Shown here: in pieces, positions 22,563 to 34,125 of the stretch
How positions within the stretch are numbered: position 1 is the first letter of the stretch
Layout of the letters: the number at the start of each line of letters is the position of its first letter
NCBI GenBank assembly: GCA_023205875.1
Contig: CP060770.1
Location: 310,001-374,000 of the forward strand
Source of the DNA: Chloropicon primus
Lineage: Eukaryota
Direction: 5' to 3'
Length of the DNA: 64,000 nucleotides
Made by a program: the position numbers and the translations under genes
Notes under the pieces: generated by a model
The model's input: only the letters and a program-made list of their open reading frames with translations
Databases searched by the model: none
What the model was told of the DNA's origin: nothing

Positions 22563-24278
22563 TCACACAGGAATGAGTCCCTTGTACACCAACTGGGCCG
22601 GACCCGTCATGATCACGTGGTTATCCTTCGCCCTTCTCCATTCGATTTGGAGCGGTCCTCCTGGAACGTACACCAAGCACTTCTCCTTCAGCCTTCCCTC
22701 CAGCACACCGGCCACGACAACGGAGCAAGCCCCGGTGCCGCAAGCCAGGGTCTTACCCGCGCCTCTCTCCCAGTGCAGCACCTTCACTGCATCTGTTAGG
22801 TCGTCCAGGGATTCCGGGTTGTCGTAAATTGCCTTGCAGAAGTGGGTGTTGATCTTTTCGGGGAACACCTCGTGCTTCTCAAAAAGAGGGCCATAGTAAT
22901 CAAGGTCCATGTTGTCCACGTCCAGGGTTCCGCCAAGGGTCTCCTCACCGGGCCTGCCGAAGGTCACAGCATGGGGGTTTCCCATGCTCACGCATGTCAC
23001 CAGCCACCTCTCCTTCAGCTCGCCTTGGGTCTTCCTCTTGATCTGGTTCTCCATCCTCTCCTCGTAGGGCGCGAACATTTCTTCCGCAGATGGGACGGCC
23101 TCCATCTCTCCTCCCACGACAAGCTCCTGCAGAACAACCGCATTAGGGTACTCCTCGTTCTCTCCCGTTGCCTTCAAAGTCGTTGGAACTTCCTGCGGCT
23201 CGATTCTTGGCTCGCCCATGTCCACGCTCACGAGGCCGTTCGGGTTCACTTCAGGAATGATGAGTCCCGCGAGGGTGTGGAACTTATACGACCTGCTCCG
23301 TCAAGCGATGCGTCCAGGGAAGGGTCAGCACGGTGAATAAAGCAGCGTCTGCGTCGGGGGGCTCCACTTACCTTGGAACGCTGTGCTCCTCGAGCTCGGC
23401 CACAAACCTTGCGAGGCACCGGATTCCGTTGCCGCACATCTCAGGTTCCGTCCCATCCGAGTTGTACATTCTCATCCCGTAATCGAAGTCCGTCTTCTTG
23501 TCGTCGCCCGAGAGGTCTTCTGCGCTTGGAGGGCTCATGAGAAAGATGATGCCGTCGCCACCAATGCCAAACCTGGGGACACACACACACACACACACAT
23601 ACCGTCGATCGGTCGAGCGAGCAAGGCAAGGCGAACACGGCGAAAGAAGGTTAGAGAAGGAAGAAATCAAGCAAAAAGAAGCAAGCTTTCCGACGAAACC
23701 GATCTGCAATTCGCCTCACCTTCTGTCACACAGTGCCACGGCCTCCTCGCTGCTGAATATCGGGTCAGGGCAGTGCCTGTTATCCACCATGATGAAGTCG
23801 TTCCCGAGACCTTGATACTTGTAAAAGTAAACTTGGCTCGACCCTCTGGAATCTGGGTATCCCTCCTCCGTCGTGACATCCTGGAGAGCATCATTCACCC
23901 TCACTTGAACCGAGCGAGGATTCCTCCTCATCGCATCCCTCGTCATCGTGTTGGACACAGAACTGTTCCCAGGATGATGAAACCATGATCATGACGACGA
24001 ATGATGGCAAAACGAAACGACAACTCGTTAGCGGACGACGAAGAGAACGAGGGAGGAGGATCTGACGATGAGGACGAAGGCAATCTCGTCGCCGCCTTGT
24101 TGCATCCACCCTCTCTCTCTCGGGAAGGGGAAGGAGAAGATCACGCTTACCTCGAAGCCGTGACACGGAATGGTGTCAAGGCACCTCGTTTGTTCGCCTT
24201 GCCGTTTCGCCTCGTCGTCATCGGAGAGGAGAAGAGGATGGAGAGGGAGGATTTGCTTTGCATCGAGCGCGCCGCCAT
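22563..24278 (-). CDS. dapF: Diaminopimelate epimerase, plastid-targeted, 4 exons
   Basis: [65 protein letters not shown] joined across GT-AG introns. Confidence 0.95.
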
Positions 24279-24781
24279 CGTAACCCCCAGTTGCCACCTT
24301 CCGCTGCGAACCAAAACCGCTCAAGCTCAAGCTTAAGAGAGAGAGAGAGAGCCGACGACGCCAGGCACTTATCCGAAAAATTGAGATGGATGGTGATGAT
24401 GATGGTGGTGGTGGTGGTGGTGGTGGGAAGGCAAGAGGGGGCAAGAGGGGGAAGGAGGAGGAGGGGTGTGATGGCATCACGCATGCTCTCTTGATCTCTT
24501 GGTCTTCCTCTTCTGTTCCAAAGGGGGGACCACACTTGATAAGAATGACGTGGAGGAAAGTGATTGTGATTGGATGATGATGGAAGGATGATGGAGGGGT
24601 TGGGCGGAGTTGGATTGATGTCATTTCCAATAAAAAAAAGCTTCTCACTCTCACTCGCTCACTCTTTCTCCAGGTTTCATGGGTTGTGGCATCATCTACT
24701 GTTGTATATAAAACCCGCCAATTGTTTTGTGTTTGTGTTTGGTGGTTTCCTCCTCTGCCGTTACACTGCCTGCGTGCTTGC

Positions 24782-26714
24782 TTAAGATTGGACGCGGCAA
24801 GGCACGATCTCCTTGTCCGATGGGGTGTACACCGCGAAGTGAGAGCCAGAGGAAAAGCTGCCAGAATTCAGGCAGTTGCACGCGCCGACGCTCGCAACTT
24901 TCTGAGGGGAGTCATCGCTCAGGACCATGATGTCAGGCTGTCTTGTCATCCAGAGCGCCTGGTCGTAGTCCCACACCACTGGGTGGGAGAAGCTCGGCAG
25001 GGGGGCTAAGTGGGACTGGTGCAGCACCGTGGAGCACGCTTTCTCAAAGTCTGATGAACCGTTCTCTTGGTCTGGCGCTCCATCATCCTGCATGGCCTGT
25101 GGACCGCCATTGTCTTCCTCGTCTTTCTTGTTGGACAAGATGAGGCTCGAGAGATCGTGCCTCTTGAGCTTCTTCTGCAGATTGTCCCTGAAAACGACGA
25201 GCTCCTGACCCGTCTTGTGCCTGATCCTGCACGGGTTCGACGCGAAAATGCACTTGAAGTCCTTGTCCTCCTCAAGGTTCTCCGTGAGGCAGTTCAGCAA
25301 GGCTGGCTGGGGCAGCAGAGTCTGCGGCAATGGCGTGGGGTCCCCTGGTCCGGGGACAAACAGAAAAGTCGACGACTGAGCAACCGCCTCGTGCTTGGTC
25401 TTCACCAAACTCATCAAGTCCTTCAAGTGAGTCCGCAGCTTCTGCCCCGCGTCGTTAGAAAACGCAGAGGACGCCTTCGCACTCGCGTCCTTCGACAGGA
25501 ATGGCCCCATGAGAACAATGAGAGAGGGGACCGGCTCAGAGCTCTCCATGCTGCTCAGAAGCTTCGAAAACTGGCTCAGACACTCCGGCTTGTCGAGGTG
25601 CACATCGGAGACGAATACGAACTTCTCTTCGCCGGCCTCCACCATCGCGGCCTCGCCTCTGTTCTCAACTTCTTCCAGGGGCGGGAAGCAGACCGCGTTC
25701 GCCTTGAACACCAAATTCGATTGCATGTGCCCTTCGATCAGCACGACCATGTTCTCAGTGTAGAATCCCTTGCTGGCGAACTCGCACTGGCTCAGGTCCA
25801 CCTCCACCGTGCCGCTGAGGTCCTCCACGGAAACGTTACCGTCTTCGTGGTCCACGGTCGAGATGAGGCCGAGGATGAACTTCTGCTCACCGATGCAGCC
25901 GAGCAGGGCGGAGATTTCCGCAAGCTCGAACCAGGAGTTGCCTTGGCCCAGGCTGCCCCCGTGGGTGGTCCTCGTGTCGCCGGCCCCGCCCATGGAGGTG
26001 ACGTGCTCCAGCGCCGGCTTGAGAAAGTTTTTGTTGCGCTGGATTCGCCTTCGGAGGAGAAAGTAACGCTCTCTGAACATCCCCACCTTTGAATTCGCTG
26101 GTGGCAGCATGCACCTCGATCGGGACTTGCGCACGAACTTGCCATGAACCTCGTCCCAGCTCACGGGCTGAACTGCGGAACAAGCGTCTTCTTCGGAGGC
26201 CTCCCTCGGCGCACCGTCCTTCCCCCCTCCAAGCCCCCTGGGGAAGCTGCCGGAGGCGTCACTCGAGGACATGCCGACCTTGGCACGCTCCGAGGAGCGA
26301 AGCTTGTTGAAAGCATCCAGAACAACGAAAGTGCCCTTCTTCGCCGCCGCACCTTGCTGCGGGTACGCCTCCGCCGACGTCTCTTCCTCCCTGGGCTCCA
26401 AGTGCACTGCTTGATCCGTGTCCATGCGGCCCCTCGCATCCCGATCAGCCGCCCCCTCGCCTTGCGTGGATCCTATTCCGAACCGCTTCACTGCCGCCAG
26501 CACCGTGGCCTCCTCCACCACGCAAGACATCACGCCCTCGTCCTCTATCACCTCCACGAGCTTATCCGCGAGGTCGCTCACCACCGCCTCCCCCCCTTGA
26601 GCTTCCGCCGCTCGCTCAAGACAGCACATTGCGACCTCCAGCTGCTTCTTCCTCATCGACAGTCCGTGACGCTTCAAAGCATCGCGGAAAGAAACTTTGA
26701 TCGTCTTCTGCATC

Positions 26715-26716
<2 letters not shown>
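24782..26716 (-). CDS. POLE2: DNA polymerase epsilon subunit 2 (DPB2)
   Basis: FRERYFLLRRRIQRN, EDLSGTVEVDLS, GFYTENMVVLIEG, VSDVHLD, FVPGPGD, SNPCRI, QSHLAPL, PVVWDYDQAL. Confidence 0.92.
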
Positions 26717-26756
<40 letters not shown>

Positions 26757-27561
26757 TCCTTATGTGAACCAAATTCTTCTCCGTCTGTCACTCGGACGCG
26801 AATGCGAGCACGAAACGAGTCTCGCGACGTATCAATGGAAAGGTCTCGAAGTCGTCTTTCCCTTGACGCCTTTCTCGATCCCTCTGGACGCCTTTGTCGT
26901 CGTCCACTCCCTCGGGAGACAAAACCTTCTCCCTCTCTCCTGCCTCGATCCTTCTCCGGCCAAGCCTCGTGATACGTGTCGGACGCCAAACCAGTCGATC
27001 GACCTATCGTTCGAAAGATCTCGACAAGACGCTTCGAATGGCGCAAGTCTCGACCTCTGCACCCTTCGCTTTCGTCGACCGCCGTCCGTTCTCCTTGACG
27101 ATCGCTTCGATCGCTTCGATCGCTTCGATCAATGAAAAAGGGCGCGAAAGCCTCGCGAGGACCCAGGACGAGAGAGAGGGGAAGAGAAAAGGGCAGAGGG
27201 AGGTACGAGGGCAGCCTAAGAGGGCAGGAAGAGGTCGACGACGGGAAGATTCATCTCGAGAGCATTCGAATGATACCCTCATTCGTAAGGATCGACGTTC
27301 TTTTGAGGATTTGCTTTTGATTGGTTTGGATCGAGCAACGAGAGGGAGGCATTGGTTGGATAGTGGAGGCCAAAGGTAGGTCAGCGTTCGTCGACGGAGG
27401 CGAGAGAAATCGTTACGAGTGGAAGCGTTACCTCGCGATCTTTCGTACGAGTCGTCTTTGGAAAGGAATGGCGAAGGTTTGAGGCGACTGAAACGGGTTT
27501 GCTTGGTTCTGTTTTGTTGTTTTTCTCGCGGGAATGGATGATGGGTTTGGTGGCAGGAGCC

Positions 27562-29137
27562 ATGAAGTTGTTGAAGGAGTATCCCGTCGGTTTGCACATG
27601 AGAGAGTCCTCGTCGCTTTGCGACAACAACCTGGTGACGGTTTCGAAGGACAAGGATCTCGTCGCTTTCGCCTTGGAGTCGAAGGTTCTCGTCCAGCACC
27701 TTGAGGAAGGGATGCCAACGACAGGTAGGACGTTACTTTCATCTTCATCTCTTCATCTTCATCTCTTCACCTTCAACATCATCTGCAGTGCAGTGTGATG
27801 GGTTTGACTCGTTCCATTCCGCTTCTCTCTTTTGCTGGATCCCTGAAACGACTCTCGTTTTGTTGTTGTTCTGCTTGTCTTCGTCGGAAGGCGGTGGCGA
27901 GGGCCACGGGAGCGAAGCGAGGAAGAACACGAATGCTTCATCCGGTGCATCGGCTCCCGAGCCTGCTTTGCGGCAGTGGATGACAAGCTTAGAGGGGTTG
28001 AAGATCGAAAACGGGTTTTACGACGGGTACTTGAGGTCTCTTCCGCAATCAAGCAAGGTGGAGAGGTGCATTTTCTCGGCTGAGGCGGAGAAGAAGAGCA
28101 CGCAAGCCGTGCAGCTCGACTGGTCGGCCCGTTCGTCAGTGCCGTGGAAGGATTCGATCCCGCGGCCTCTCTTGGGCGTGGTGACCTGCAACAGGGATCT
28201 GGTCGTTTACGCCCCACCGAAGCGCGGGGACTACGAACCTCAGTTGGTTTACACTCTGAGTGGGGACGCTCGTCTGATCAAACAGGTTGCCGGGGTCACG
28301 GGGAGCACAGGCAAGACCAAGGGGCCGAAGAGGGCGAAGAAAGACACAGGCATGAATCGGCTGGAAGTGCTAGGAATCTCGTTTGTGGAGCGCTTTCACG
28401 GAGGGGGAACTGATGAGCCCGTCCTGATCGTCATCAGCGCTCTGGTCGGACCTGGGTCGTCCCACCAATTCCTTCTCTGCGAAGTGGAGGGAGGGCCCAC
28501 CTCGAGCGCTGAAGTGCAGTCTCTGAACTGCAGCTTGAAAGCGAGACTCGAGGTCCCTGGCAACGCGGGTCGCTCCCGGGGAACCATGTACCATCACCGG
28601 CCGTGGCTCAAGTTCCTCGACTTGGAGGACGGCTTGGTCGTGCTCGCGGCCTGCTTCACGGAAAACGTGTGCCTCTACAGAGTTCGGGGCGAGGGGATCG
28701 ATCCGGAACCGGCATTGAGGGTTCTCCTGCCTCCCCTGTTGATTCCAACGTGCTTTGACGCCACCCTCGTGGGGAGCGAGGTCGCGCTCTCCGTTGGGTT
28801 TGCCGAGGGATCGGTCGGGAGGTGCAGCCTTCCCGTCCGCTTTCGGGGCGAAGATAAAATCGAGTTTGAGGTGAAGCAAGTTCACTCTAGCTCCGTGTCC
28901 GGTTTGTGTCACAGGGCCTCCTCCTCCTGCGATGGCTCCCTTGCCCTTGGGGACGGAAAAATCTTTGTGGCGGGAGAGGGGGGAACACGGATGGGAGCTT
29001 GCGATGGGAGGCAAGACACCGTCCTGAGCTTGATTTCTCGGTGCGAGGGCAAGAACCCCTACCTGAAGAACTTGAGGCAAAGGCTTCGCACGAATGTAGA
29101 ATGTATATCGTTGTCATCATCAGCCTCCTTCTTGTAA
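27562..29137 (+). CDS. Beta-propeller-like protein, possibly a TFIIIC 90-kDa subunit-like N-terminal domain; intron ~27725-27890
   Basis: Coding exon 27562-27724 plus a long ORF to 29137; DWSARS...RPLLGVVTCNRDLVVYAP loosely resembles TFIIIC-delta. Family call is weak. Confidence 0.4.
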
Positions 29138-29276
29138 TCCATCCATTTTCATCCCTCCATCCCTCCACCTCCTGATTCGGCAGGAGTCCCCTTTGATTGG
29201 AACATATGTTACAATTTAATTCTGTCTGTTTGTTGTATTTAAAGAGAGGAAGGGATTCATTTATTCATTCACTCAT

Positions 29277-31568
29277 TCACACTTTTCTGCAGCAAGGTGG
29301 CCCAGGGTGCATCTGCTTGTCCATGATCCAATCTCTTATCTTGTGCTGCATGTCCTCGTCCAGAGTGACTGGGCTCCGCCCCCTGCTCGGGTGGAAAACC
29401 TCAAAACAGTTCTCATTGCAGCCCTTGTCAAAAGGGTTGAAGACTCTTCCGTAGCTGTCCATCGCGATATAATTGTACCTGTGGATGTTCGCCATTTCGT
29501 TTGTCGTCATGTTCTTCGCAATGGAGTTGATCTGCGCGGACAACAACGTCAGCACAGAAATAGTCAAGCTGACATCCATCACTAGGAAGCCGACAACGTA
29601 CCCAGTGTTGGGAGAGGCGTGCTCCAATTGAGAGAGCTTGTAGATCGCCATGGACACGCTGATCACGAGGGCCCACATCTGTAGAATGAGAAACACCAGA
29701 AAGTGCCACCTGTTTTCCTTTCCTATGGCGTTGCCCACCCAAGGGCAGTGGTGGTCGAAATGCTCGACGCACCTGTTTGTCATGCTGTCATGTTTCGCTC
29801 TCAAGGGCTTCACAATCCTGCACGTTGGGCAAATCTGGTTCCAGTTCCCTGTCCACAAGGCCGCAGAATCCAAATCGTAGTCCATGTCAACCGCAATCTC
29901 ATGGTCTGACTGTGCCGCCGACGCTGGGAAGAGCAGGTCGTCCTCAGCATCCCTTATTTCACCATTGCCGTCTCCCCCTGCCATGCCCTTGCTTCCATTC
30001 AAGCTCACCATCTCGGAATAAGTTCCTTTCCTCTTGACCGACTTGGTTTGCCCCGTGAGCAGGAAGCCAGGGTCCATCTTCCTGCACTGATACAGGAAAC
30101 CCAATCCCACCACCGAAGGAACAAGGACGATGAACCACCAGAAGACCGAATTGGCGGTCGCTGGAGCATTCTCTCCCTTCTTGTCAATAAATACAATCGT
30201 CTTGGTGTACCCGATCAGCAGGAGCACAATGATAGACACCAGAATGGGCAGGAACTCCAAGTCCATTATTGTCTTCACTATCTTGTTTTTCCTCGTCCAA
30301 GCCTGAGTTCTTCTCAACTCTTTCTCCATCTGGGTCGCCACGAAGGCGTGACCCTTTTGTTTCGCCAGCTCGATCGCATTCGAGCCCGTTCCATCTTTCT
30401 CCAGCAGGTACTCTTCCCTCGCATCCTGAAAGGTAGTTCCAGAGGGCTCCCCTTTGGAATCATCCCTGTCCTCGCAAAGCAAGAGGCTCGCCGACTGCAA
30501 CAGCATGTGAGTGATGTGCCCATTGCCCTTGATGGCCGCCCAGTGGAGGGGACTGCACTTCTCCTTGTCCACGTGCCTCAGATCGCTTCCAAGGTAAAGC
30601 AAGAGCTTCGCAGTATCCCCGTGGCCCTGGTAGCACGCCCAGTGCAGAGTCGACCTCAACTCATCGTCCAGAACGTCAACTATATCCGCCTTGCACTTCA
30701 TTTTCATGTAGTACAAAAACGCAGTCTGCCCATACTGCGCAGCGACGTGGGCACACGTGTACCCCTTGTTGTCCTTCACAGTAAACGAGGCATCAAAGTC
30801 GTGAAGAACCTCCAATATATTCACGCAACCTCTCACCGCCGCCCAGTGCAGCGCCGTCTGGCCCGTCGTGTTGTCCTTCGCATCGATGTTCACATGCTAC
30901 CCATCGCAAAACAAAGCAAAACGGAGAGAGAGAGAGAGAGAGAGAGAGACCATCACAAGCCAAAGAGAATCCATCATCAGTTCCATCCAGCAATCCTTTG
31001 ATGAAGACAAGACTTACCTTTCTGCATTGAGAGTCCTCGAGCAGGTACTTGGCACAGTGCACCTGGTTGTTCAAAGCCGCCCATTGCAAAGGGTCTTCGT
31101 TCCAGAACAAAGAAAAGCAGAGGGAGGCACATAGTCCGAACGAAGGAGAGAACGAGAAAGAGGTCAGCATCACGTCAAGCCTCCTGGGGTTGTCATGCAC
31201 TTTGGTCGTGACGTACAATACCCTTCAGCGTCCGGAGTGGACAACAAAGAGTAGTCCTTCTCCTTCAAGAGTTCACCGAGTCTGTCGAGGTCCCCGTAAG
31301 CGCATGCCTTGGACAATGTGTCGATGAGAGTCTTCTGCTTCGTCTCCATCGCGTCACTTCCTCCCTCGATCTCGCACGGTGTTCCATTCGAGCAACAAGT
31401 CCCTCCTGCGTTGTTGTTCTTGTCGTCGGCGCCATTCGCCGTGGGTTTCTTCACTTGTGCGAGGGAAGCGGAAGAGGAGGTGGAGGAGGTCGAAGACATC
31501 GAAGAGTCCGTCACCAACCCGAGGCTTCCCTTCCGCTTCTGGTTCCGTCGAACGGGCAAAGACGGCAT
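29277..31568 (-). CDS. Ankyrin-repeat DHHC protein S-acyltransferase (AKR1/TIP1-like), 3 exons
   Basis: Ankyrin repeats (LQWAALNN, TALHWAAVRG, SPLHWAAIKG), DHHC-CRD CPTCRIVKPLRAKH...CVEHFDHHCPWVGNAIG, TTNE and NPFDKG motifs. Start could be ATG 31568 or 31499. Confidence 0.93.
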
Positions 31569-31587
31569 GGTCGCGTCGCTTCGCTGC

Positions 31588-34106
31588 CACTACGGCCTTC
31601 TGTCTCCATGTTGGAGGTTTTCCCCTGTTGGTGGGATTCCAGTGTATACCAGTTTGGTCACACCCAAAGGACAACCCACAAGGCGTTTTCTCGTGTTCTC
31701 ACTTGCTGGACAAGGCCAATCTATAGTTACGAGGAGTTACGAGGAGGGCAGCGAGTGAAACCCTAGCAGTCATGGCGCGATCAGGGAAGCGCCGTAAGAA
31801 AAAGGAGAAGCAGGGGAGTGGCTCGACGAGTTCCACAAGGAGGTCGCACTCTGGCGAGAGTCATGCTCAGGGCGCTTCGAAGTCGGGGCAGGAGTCTCCG
31901 ACGACGAAGCGGCCGTTACGTCGGTTCTGGAATCAGGGCTTGCAGTTGCTCTACTCGTTGTGCCTGCTTCCTATCGCGGACGACCCCGCCTCTGCGGGTG
32001 AGGGTTCGAGCACGCCTCGCAAGAAGCGGGGGGGGAAGCGGAAGGAGAAGCCGCTGGACGACCCCGCCTCTGCTTTCGAGGAGGGTTCGAGCACGCCTCG
32101 CAAGAAGCGGGGGGGGAAGCGGAAGGGGAAGCCGCCGGAGGCGGCTTCCTCTGCGGGTGAGAGTTCGAGCTCGTCAGGCAAGCCTCGCAAGAAGCCTCGC
32201 AAGAAGGGCAAGAAGAAGAACAAGAAGAAGGGTAAGAAGAAGAAGAACAAGAGGGGGAAGAAAGCAGGGAAGCAGCCGGGTGGCTTGGCGGACGACAGCG
32301 TGAAGAAGACCTGGTTCTCATCGATCAAGAGAGAACTTGAAGAGGTAAAGTGTCCGAAGACGGGATGGAGGTCGTGCTTGAACCTTCCAGAAGATTCTGT
32401 GGTATCCGTCGAGACATTGCAGTCGCCCGCCAAAAGGAAGAGGGGGCAGAAACTGAAGACCTCCAAGCTATTGTCGGAGCGAACGGTGATACGGACGAGG
32501 AAGCTGAGGATGCGCTTGAACCCTGAGCAGGCGAAGTGCCTTTGCAACTGGATGGGAGCTGCGCGTTTCACATACAACAAGTGTTTGGAGGCGGTCAAGA
32601 AGGAGGGTTTTCCGCTGGTTTGGACCGTCCTGCTGGACAGATTTGTGACGGCCAAACCGCGACGCCCTGAGGTCTTTGAGGGGCTGGAGAAAGAGCTGAA
32701 AGAAATCCAATGCTCTCCACGGCCATGGACAAAACAGGAGGCAGAGCTTTTCGCGGCCAGAGAGAAGAGACTCGAGAGCCAAATTGGAGGCAGACGATTT
32801 CGCGCCGAAGTGGCCAAGGACCGGGACTACGTTAGCGGGGCCTTTGTAAATCAGAAGCATCCTTGGCTGAAGGAAACCCCCTGTGCCATCAGACAAGCTG
32901 CCGTGCGAAGTCTCATCAAGGCATGGGATTCGAACACCGCGAAGCAGGAAGCGATGAAGGAGCGCGGCGAGAAGAAGGGGCACCGCTTCGTTCTCAAGTA
33001 TCGTCAACGTCAGCAACCGAGTTCTTGGACTATTGAAATTGATGCAAGAGAGTTAAAGAACGTGGAGACGATCGAAAGACCGAGAACGAGACACAAGGAT
33101 GACAACAAGCACAAGAAACGACGCAAGTGGACCAAGCTGGAGGTGTTCAAGGAGAAGATGGCCGGCGGGCCCCTGTACTTGACGGAGGAGATCCCCGGGG
33201 GCAAGATCGAGGGTGCCGTGAAGATCACAAGAAATCGCCTTGGGCAGTTCCACATGCACATTCCCATCGCGACGCCATGGGATCGCCTGCCACCCCTGAA
33301 GCCTGAGAACAAGCGGAAGGTTGTCGCCCTGGATCCGGGAGTCAGGACCTTTCAGACGTCGTACTCGCCGCAAGAAGGCGTCGGGGAGTATGCCACGGGC
33401 GAGCGAGGCTTCGCGAGGCTGTTCAACCTCTGCTGGAGGATTGATGAGATCATTTCCGAGCGCAAAGACCCAAAGGTGAAGCTCCCTTACCTCGACCGCC
33501 GCGACTTGAAGAGACAGCAATACGCCTGCATGGAGAAACTTCGAGGTCTGACGAACGAGCTTCACAAAAAGGTAGCCAACGATCTATGCAGGAGGTTCGA
33601 CACAATCCTCCTCCCGGAGTTCAAGTCCCAAGACATGGTGAAGAAGAACAACAACGGGAGACGCCGAGTGATCAGGAAGAAGACGGCTCGCACGCTCTTG
33701 ACGTTGAGGCACTATGCGTTCAGAACGTTCTTGGCTTCCAAGGTGCTCTTGCACGGCAGTGAGCTGGCGATCGTGACGGAGGAGTACACCTCCAAGACCT
33801 GTGGCAGGTGCGGACACATCAAGAAGAACCTGGGTGGAGCAGAGGTGTACAAGTGCCAGAAGTGTGGCTTCAAGTGCGGTCGGGATGTGAACGGGGCACG
33901 CAACGTCCTCCTGAAGCACTTGCGTCAACCAAAAAGTGTGTAACTCCTCAGGGTTGCACATACGTTTGTTAGTACGGGCTGCCGTGCGTGGGCGGAAGTA
34001 TTCGTTCATGTACGGTGGAATGGTCGTGGTAGGGCCGAATTACCCTGCCGAGAAACTTACAAACTCGGTGAAACGACCTTTGCAGAAAACTAACAGGTAA
34101 GTAGTG
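31588..34106 (+). mobile_element. Putative non-autonomous Fanzor-carrying element (boundaries tentative: CACTAC...GTAGTG, GC flanks)
   Basis: Contains only the Fanzor ORF and a structured 3' RNA. Termini are 6-bp inverted CACTAC (31588-93) / GTAGTG (34101-06), each flanked by GC; a 10-bp direct repeat AGTTACGAGG x2 lies at 31725-31744. No transposase present. Confidence 0.35.
31772..33943 (+). CDS. Fanzor (eukaryotic TnpB-family RNA-guided DNA endonuclease), Fanzor2-like, 723 aa
   Basis: OrfB-type HTH RTRKLRMRLNPEQAKCLCNWMGAARFTYNKCL; RuvC-I VALDPGVRTF; Pro at the canonical RuvC-II Glu position (TILLPEF) with an alternative Glu in VTEEYTSKTC; zinc ribbon CGRC...CQKC; RuvC-III GRDVNGARN; K/R-rich NLS-like N-terminus. 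Confidence 0.95.
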   Translation: MARSGKRRKKKEKQGSGSTSSTRRSHSGESHAQGASKSGQESPTTKRPLRRFWNQGLQLLYSLCLLPIADDPASAGEGSSTPRKKRGGKRKEKPLDDPASAFEEGSSTPRKKRGGKRKGKPPEAASSAGESSSSSGKPRKKPRKKGKKKNKKKGKKKKNKRGKKAGKQPGGLADDSVKKTWFSSIKRELEEVKCPKTGWRSCLNLPEDSVVSVETLQSPAKRKRGQKLKTSKLLSERTVIRTRKLRMRLNPEQAKCLCNWMGAARFTYNKCLEAVKKEGFPLVWTVLLDRFVTAKPRRPEVFEGLEKELKEIQCSPRPWTKQEAELFAAREKRLESQIGGRRFRAEVAKDRDYVSGAFVNQKHPWLKETPCAIRQAAVRSLIKAWDSNTAKQEAMKERGEKKGHRFVLKYRQRQQPSSWTIEIDARELKNVETIERPRTRHKDDNKHKKRRKWTKLEVFKEKMAGGPLYLTEEIPGGKIEGAVKITRNRLGQFHMHIPIATPWDRLPPLKPENKRKVVALDPGVRTFQTSYSPQEGVGEYATGERGFARLFNLCWRIDEIISERKDPKVKLPYLDRRDLKRQQYACMEKLRGLTNELHKKVANDLCRRFDTILLPEFKSQDMVKKNNNGRRRVIRKKTARTLLTLRHYAFRTFLASKVLLHGSELAIVTEEYTSKTCGRCGHIKKNLGGAEVYKCQKCGFKCGRDVNGARNVLLKHLRQPKSV

Positions 34107-34125
34107 GCCGGCCTTCCTCTCCGTG
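33944..34125 (+). ncRNA. Candidate Fanzor omegaRNA (scaffold ~33960-34105 plus ~15-20 nt guide)
   Basis: Five nested hairpins with many G-U pairs, closed by the long-range stem 33964-33973/34089-34098, directly downstream of the Fanzor stop. Ends are approximate. Confidence 0.7.

Noticed and set aside
31600..31771. IS607-type serine recombinase or other transposase upstream of Fanzor
   Set aside because: Only ~200 bp separate the Fanzor ATG from the divergent DHHC gene, and no transposase ORF is seen anywhere in the window.
33944..34100. Group I intron / IStron interpretation of the structured RNA
   Set aside because: No recognisable P7/catalytic core, and the element does not interrupt a host coding sequence; omegaRNA is the simpler explanation.
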